Shown here piece after piece: positions 21,706-26,894 of a stretch of DNA of 26,894 nucleotides. A program made the translations under genes and the position numbers. Numbering within the stretch: the first letter of the stretch is position 1; the number at the start of each line of letters is the position of its first letter. Under the pieces are notes generated by a model. The model had not been told where the DNA came from. It searched no databases and saw only the letters and a program-made list of their open reading frames with translations. This DNA comes from an uncultured Nitrososphaeraceae archaeon (lineage in GTDB: Archaea > Thermoproteota > Nitrososphaeria > Nitrososphaerales > Nitrososphaeraceae): NCBI GenBank assembly GCA_963765895.1, contig CAVXZB010000086.1, forward strand, positions 1 to 26,894. The letters are read 5' to 3'.

Positions 21706-22983
21706 ATGTACTTTAAAGATATTTCGTACGACTCAGTAAATTCATCTTTTATCAAGCTCAAAGAACGAGCTACCGTTATGCCGTCCTTAGAATTCGTGCA
21801 TGTGCTGAACGCATACAAACGAGTTTTGGCTGAAGATATAATATCAAAGTTTGGAGTTCCTCAATATGATAGTTCTCACATGGACGGCTTTGCTGTTAGG
21901 CACACTGATATAAAAAATACATCAAAAACAAAGACAGCAACTTTACGGATTTGTAATATCCAAGTACCGTTAAAAGAAATAGTGGATTTTGTTCTACCGC
22001 GAAGTCACGCGTATAGGATTTCAACAGGTGTCTCCTTGCCTAAGGGATCTGATACGGTGATACCACTAGAAAATACAAAAATAGTTAAGTCTGGTAGCTA
22101 TGATATGATAGAAATTAAGCATTCAATACAAAAGGGTTCATTTGTTTATCCTGCTTCCATGGATATCAGGAAAGGAGAGCGAGTATTATTAAAGGGAACA
22201 GTCATGAGAGCACAGGATATTGGACTCTTAACTCTTATGCGCATATATCTGGTACCGGTATTCAAGAAACCGACTGTTGCATTAATACCTACAGGCAATG
22301 AGCTATCGGATAGCTTGGAAAACACAGGATCTGACAAGATCCCGAATATACATGGCCATATTATATCTTGGTTAGTGAAGGAAATTGGAGGTACAGCTAT
22401 CGATTTAGGCGTAACTCCTGATAAATTGACTACAATTCAGAACAAAATTAAGAATGCAATCACTAAAGCCGATTTAATCTTGACGATTGGTGGATCGTCT
22501 GTAGGCAAGTATGATTTGGTAAAGGAAGCGATCAAATCGAGAGATGCTCGTAGTATAATCACCTTCAGAACAAAACTGGATCGTGGAAGGGTAACTGGAT
22601 TGGCAGCGCTAAATGGCAAACCAATTATAATCCTCCCTGGTCCAATTCAAGGGGCCATTAATGCTTTCATAGTTTTCGCTTATCCATTACTTAGACTAAT
22701 GTCTGGTCGGTCTGAAAAAAGAAGTGAGTTTACGATTTGTGCCACTTTAATAGATAATTGGGAAGCTCGTAGAAAATTTCCTTATTTTACAAAAATAGTA
22801 TACGTAAAGTTATTCAAAACAAGAGCCCATAATAAATTTGTAGCTAGACCATTAGCGGGGGAAACTGAGAGCATGAGCCTACTTACTAAATGTAATGGTT
22901 ATATTATTGTACCACAACATATAACAAATATGAGGAAAGGACAGAATGTTGAAGTCAACTTAATGCCAGGGTTTTCATATTAA
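21706..22983 (+). CDS. moeA: Molybdopterin molybdenumtransferase
   Basis: RVLAEDI, SHMDGFAV, ISTG..LP.G.DTVI, PTGNEL, GGSSVGKYD and LPGP. Confidence 0.92.
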   Translation: MYFKDISYDSVNSSFIKLKERATVMPSLEFVHVLNAYKRVLAEDIISKFGVPQYDSSHMDGFAVRHTDIKNTSKTKTATLRICNIQVPLKEIVDFVLPRSHAYRISTGVSLPKGSDTVIPLENTKIVKSGSYDMIEIKHSIQKGSFVYPASMDIRKGERVLLKGTVMRAQDIGLLTLMRIYLVPVFKKPTVALIPTGNELSDSLENTGSDKIPNIHGHIISWLVKEIGGTAIDLGVTPDKLTTIQNKIKNAITKADLILTIGGSSVGKYDLVKEAIKSRDARSIITFRTKLDRGRVTGLAALNGKPIIILPGPIQGAINAFIVFAYPLLRLMSGRSEKRSEFTICATLIDNWEARRKFPYFTKIVYVKLFKTRAHNKFVARPLAGETESMSLLTKCNGYIIVPQHITNMRKGQNVEVNLMPGFSY

Positions 22984-23027
22984 TGATTTGGCCAGGTACC
23001 ATCTGGAATATGATCTAGACAACCTCT

Positions 23028-23035
23028 TTATATAA
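23028..23035 (+). promoter_or_regulatory. Putative TATA box of the membrane-protein gene (probably leaderless)
   Basis: TTTATATA about 26-33 nt upstream of ATG23061. Confidence 0.5.
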
Positions 23036-23060
23036 TGAATAGAAATTTTTATTATCCGAT

Positions 23061-23900
23061 ATGAATTTAGAAGATTGGCGGGATCAGCGTAATCATGGAC
23101 TAAGAATTGCTTTGATTAGCACAGTCTCATTAGTTTTGATTTTTGTAATTTATGCTAGACTCAGTGCTCCTAATGAAGGACAGTCTGTAATGATCAATGC
23201 TAATCTTAAGAATATTGCAAATATTGTACTTTTTATGACTTGTATGCTATTGGTGTCTACTGGTTATGGTTTATACAAAATATTTAACGCTGAACAAAAA
23301 AGAACAATAAATGCCAATACCTTGACATACTATATCACATCGGTATTCTCTGATATCAATTATTGGAAAATATTGGCAGCTTCTGCAGTAGGCTATGGAA
23401 TTATTTTTGCGTTCCTTTCTCAAATATTTATATATAGAAATGATGTCTCGTTTATTCAACAAGGAGTCAATATTCCTTCGATTAGTGTTACTCCATGCTG
23501 TAACATTATTGGTTATGTGCCAATGCTCTCTGTCTATCTAACCGATCATTTTTTGATTCTATTGGTACCTATTAATATAGTTCTTGTAGCAGTTGTATCT
23601 ATATTGGTTGGCTTTAACATTTCTCTAAATGTTTATGCTTTAAAACTTACTAAAAAGTTTAGTCACACCAAAAAACTTTCTTCTCTACTTGGAAGCGTGG
23701 GACTAACCAGCGGTCTATTTATTGGATGCCCTACATGCGCAGGAAGTCTGTTTTCGCTTCTTTTGGGATTCTGGTCAGGAGCAGCAATCTCCATACTCGC
23801 GTATTTCCAGACTGTATTCATTGTAATATGTATACCGGCATTGATAGTCTCTACAATTCTTATTGCCAAGCAAATAAAATCAATTTATTCATGCCAATAA
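23061..23900 (+). CDS. Hypothetical integral membrane protein with PCC and GCPTC motifs
   Basis: About 6 hydrophobic segments; TPCCN in a loop and GCPTCAG within a TM region. Confidence 0.8.
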   Translation: MNLEDWRDQRNHGLRIALISTVSLVLIFVIYARLSAPNEGQSVMINANLKNIANIVLFMTCMLLVSTGYGLYKIFNAEQKRTINANTLTYYITSVFSDINYWKILAASAVGYGIIFAFLSQIFIYRNDVSFIQQGVNIPSISVTPCCNIIGYVPMLSVYLTDHFLILLVPINIVLVAVVSILVGFNISLNVYALKLTKKFSHTKKLSSLLGSVGLTSGLFIGCPTCAGSLFSLLLGFWSGAAISILAYFQTVFIVICIPALIVSTILIAKQIKSIYSCQ

Positions 23901-24139
23901 ATATGGGCAAAATTTGACTTTTCATGCTTTTCTAAACTTTACATTCGATTGCGACTAAAGCGCATTATACACATGACGATCGCTATGTTGATAATTGGCT
24001 AGGTAGATGGTTATTGTTTCCAAGCAAAACTGTTCAAAAATGGGCCTGAATTTAGTACTACCGCTATAATTACTGTGATAAAGCCTTCTATGTGGATGAT
24101 AAAACAAATATGGAAACGTCCACTTCCGCATTTCTTGGT

Positions 24140-25822
24140 TTATTTTTTACTTTTTACTTTGAGTATACTATGTTCAAATGTTGGTAGCGCCTTAGAAATG
24201 CTATCTAGATACATTTGGACATGTGGTTCTGCTATCCACATTTTTTCATTTTCGAATAAATAACCATATCTTTGTGAACTACCTATTTTTTCCCGAAGTT
24301 TTAAAACTTCAAGGTAGTCTCTAGATACAGTAAATTCATCAAATCCATGTTTTTTAGCTATAGAGTCAAAAATTTCATGCATTCCAGAGCCGTGCTGCGC
24401 CGCCTCCTTTATACGATATGCTATACCCTTAGAAATGCCCAATTTTTGGGCAAGCTTTCGATGTACGTGCTTGCCTAATTTATCTGAACCGCCTTTTACA
24501 TTTAGCTTCAGATCTATCTGCATTGAGAGCTTTATTAGGTTGATATCCAAGAAAGGTTCTCGCATTTCTATACTGTGTGCCATCGTAATCTTGTCCTCTC
24601 TTTCTAGGGTTTCGCTATATAGTAAAAGCAAGTCCTGATCCATATGATGACGTAGTTTTTGATATCCTTCTATTTCCACTACCTTTGCATACCAGGGATA
24701 ACCTCCAAAAAGCTCGTCCGCTCCTTGTCCACTAAACATAACGTTGATTCCATCTTCATGCGCAAGTTTCACTGCAGCATATACTGGAATAGCAACCTCT
24801 ACCTGTCCTGCGTTATTATTTTCGATTGTATCGATCACTTCAGGCAGCATCTGTTCAACTTCCTCGGGAGATAGTTCGTTTACCCTTAACTTTAGATCTA
24901 GTCTCTTTGCAACGTGTCGTGCAAATGCAATGTCATTTGAACCACTAACTCCTCCAGTATAACAAATAACCTCCGGAACCATTTTCTTCGCAAGCCATGC
25001 GATGATCACGCTATCTATTCCACCTGAAAAAATTATTCCCACTCTACTAAAATCTTGGGTTCGTTTTTTCATGGAAGCAATCAGGGCTTGTTGATACTTT
25101 CTAACAGCTAGCGACAATGTTTTGTAAGCAATTTTAGTAGGTCGTACCGGCGAAGTAGCAACTACGTATTTCTGTATCTCCCCATTTGGTAAAATAACTA
25201 CTGCCTGACCTGGCATAACTCGCTGAGTAGGTTCCTTAAGCCCTACTTTCCATAACGCCTTGCGCTCAGAAGCAAATGCAATTAAGTTATCATTTTCACC
25301 ATAATAGATCTGCCTTACACCCATTAAGTCTCTAACAAGCGCAATACTTCCTGTCTCTTCATCTTTTATGACTATGGCATAAACACCATCAAGTCGTGAA
25401 ACAGTCTTCTTAATAGCATGAAGAAGATCATTATTGTTATTTGAGTATTCCTCCAGCAGGTGAACAATTACTTCACTATCTGATTGAGTGACAAACGAAT
25501 GTGATTTTTCTAGCTTATTACGAATTTTCTTATAATTATAAATTTCACCATTATGTTCAACAATAAATCTTCCATTACAGCTACAAAAAGGCTGTTGGCC
25601 ACATGTACCTCCAACTATGGCAAGCCTTAAATGTCCCAATGCACTTTTACCTGAAAGTTCATCAAATCGTAAATCTTCTAGTATATCCGCCCTAATTACA
25701 TGTTTATTAGCGCATACCCCAGCTCCGTCTGGACCCCTACTTGACATACTCGAAAGCATACACTCAATCATTGGTACAACGTTTTCATTTTTTTTGCTTA
25801 AAATACCTGCTATTCCACACAT
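24140..25822 (-). CDS. asnB: Asparagine synthase (glutamine-hydrolysing) family protein
   Basis: MCGIAG N-terminal nucleophile Cys (start reassigned to ATG25822), RGPD, GHLRLAIV, HNGEIYNY, SDSEV, FSGGIDS and GQGADELFGGY. Confidence 0.93.
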   Translation of the reverse strand: MCGIAGILSKKNENVVPMIECMLSSMSSRGPDGAGVCANKHVIRADILEDLRFDELSGKSALGHLRLAIVGGTCGQQPFCSCNGRFIVEHNGEIYNYKKIRNKLEKSHSFVTQSDSEVIVHLLEEYSNNNNDLLHAIKKTVSRLDGVYAIVIKDEETGSIALVRDLMGVRQIYYGENDNLIAFASERKALWKVGLKEPTQRVMPGQAVVILPNGEIQKYVVATSPVRPTKIAYKTLSLAVRKYQQALIASMKKRTQDFSRVGIIFSGGIDSVIIAWLAKKMVPEVICYTGGVSGSNDIAFARHVAKRLDLKLRVNELSPEEVEQMLPEVIDTIENNNAGQVEVAIPVYAAVKLAHEDGINVMFSGQGADELFGGYPWYAKVVEIEGYQKLRHHMDQDLLLLYSETLEREDKITMAHSIEMREPFLDINLIKLSMQIDLKLNVKGGSDKLGKHVHRKLAQKLGISKGIAYRIKEAAQHGSGMHEIFDSIAKKHGFDEFTVSRDYLEVLKLREKIGSSQRYGYLFENEKMWIAEPHVQMYLDSISKALPTFEHSILKVKSKK

Positions 25823-25861
25823 TTCTGCTATCTCCAAATATCGCTATCAGAATCAAGCTTC

Positions 25862-25885
25862 TGCTACTACCAAATAGTAGTAGCA
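25862..25885. promoter_or_regulatory. Perfect 9-bp inverted repeat upstream of asnB (candidate operator or hairpin)
   Basis: TGCTACTAC-caaata-GTAGTAGCA, 40-63 bp upstream of ATG25822. Confidence 0.5.
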
Positions 25886-26799
25886 ATTAACTCGCCTCAA
25901 ATCATTATACAATATGGCACGATCCCTTAAAAGCGTTTTTACTGAAGATTTATCGACTATCTTTTACTATATTAATATTACTATATTTCTATTCATTTTC
26001 CTTATTAATACAACAGAACTACATAATTCGGCTTATCATTATAACGATCACCCAGCTGATTCTCAAAATTGTAATATAGAATTATGTCACAAAGTCTAAA
26101 GTCAAGTCTGAAAAAGGATCGATCTTTCTTTAGATGGAACTAACTTTAGTTAGTTAATTTTGCTCAATGATTAAAAATAATGACGAAAATAAAAATAGAC
26201 CCCCGTTGTGAGGTACTTAGGAGATTTTGGCAGACAATTATTAATAATATTATATTTAATATAGATAATATGCAGGAATTTGAGAGATGCCTTATATAAT
26301 TAAAATAATAAATAGCTGACTCTTATTATTATTCTTTCAAATTTTGAAATACGAATAAGATACTAGGAATTTCATGAGTCTAGGAAGTCTGGTTTGTGCC
26401 ATACTACTTGGCTCAAGAATCCGACTGCATTTTCACATTCTTAGAAAATGTCTAACACATAATTGACAAAAAAATAATCCGATGTTAAAAGCCTATTACT
26501 AAATGACTACACTCACATTTTCCTTGCCGCATTACAAACTGATTCCTATAATCACAGTGCTCTTATAATTCATCATGATCACACTGTTAGGCTCGAAGGC
26601 AATGATTATCGTTATTTTATTCGTAAGCATTAAAAATGGCCAATTTTATAAAATTAGGATCTAAAAAATGAAGTAGTCCTATCTAAAGAAGATATGATTA
26701 CACATTATTTACAAGTTATAATTAGATAATTTGTAAATAAGATTCTCGTAGACATATATAATAAATTGGTGTATTACTAATAGGTTAAGGATTACGTAA

Positions 26800-26894
26800 T
26801 TGCTCCGGAGACAACCATCGCCAACAGGAAGACCAAACAAGCTAGTGATACTTGCGGCCATAGTGACGTTTGCTGTCATAATTATAATTTTGTC
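26800..26894 (+). CDS. 5' end of a membrane-anchored protein running off the window
   Basis: TTG start gives MLRRQPSPTGRPNKLVILAAIVTFAVIIIIL (basic N-terminus plus TM); TATA-like TATATAATAA about 40 bp upstream. Confidence 0.5.
   Translation, partial: MLRRQPSPTGRPNKLVILAAIVTFAVIIIIL

Noticed and set aside
15722-24962. Short antisense ORFs in the track (e.g. 15722..16090, 17675..17932, 19085..19378, 19659..19916, 24435..24962)
   Set aside because: They are shadows of well-supported genes on the opposite strand and show no motifs.
16925-25822. RiPP/lasso-peptide cluster (AsnB-like cyclase plus small peptides)
   Set aside because: AsnB has an intact Cys1 glutaminase domain, and no leader peptidase, RRE or precursor is evident.

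Overview
AT-rich, low-coding-density archaeal DNA that most resembles a soil ammonia-oxidising archaeon (Nitrososphaeraceae). This is inferred from TATA boxes about 25-40 bp upstream of starts, GGTGA Shine-Dalgarno motifs, a stand-alone receiver protein, a CHRD protein and a Nitrososphaera-style integrase remnant. The left ~18.8 kb is a decaying accessory region of redox/detoxification and signalling genes. Intact genes there are a response regulator, a VOC protein, an SDR, an NDH-2-like flavoprotein and a Cys/His/Met-rich small protein. Genes broken by one or two 1-nt indels are an MFS transporter, a glucose-1-dehydrogenase-like SDR (A15 tract), a DJ-1/PfpI protein, DUF1428 and a secreted Cys-rich protein. 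Eroded remnants are an EEP nuclease, a histidine kinase, RTX repeats, a PKD-patatin fusion, a tyrosine integrase, an ABC permease and an HxlR regulator. The right ~7 kb is intact: a secreted CHRD + intradiol-dioxygenase-like fusion with altered metal ligands (the most unusual gene here), moaD-moaE-moeA, a CC/CxxC membrane protein and asnB. No rRNA, tRNA or CRISPR array was recognised. All family calls come from motif recognition by eye; no database searches were run.
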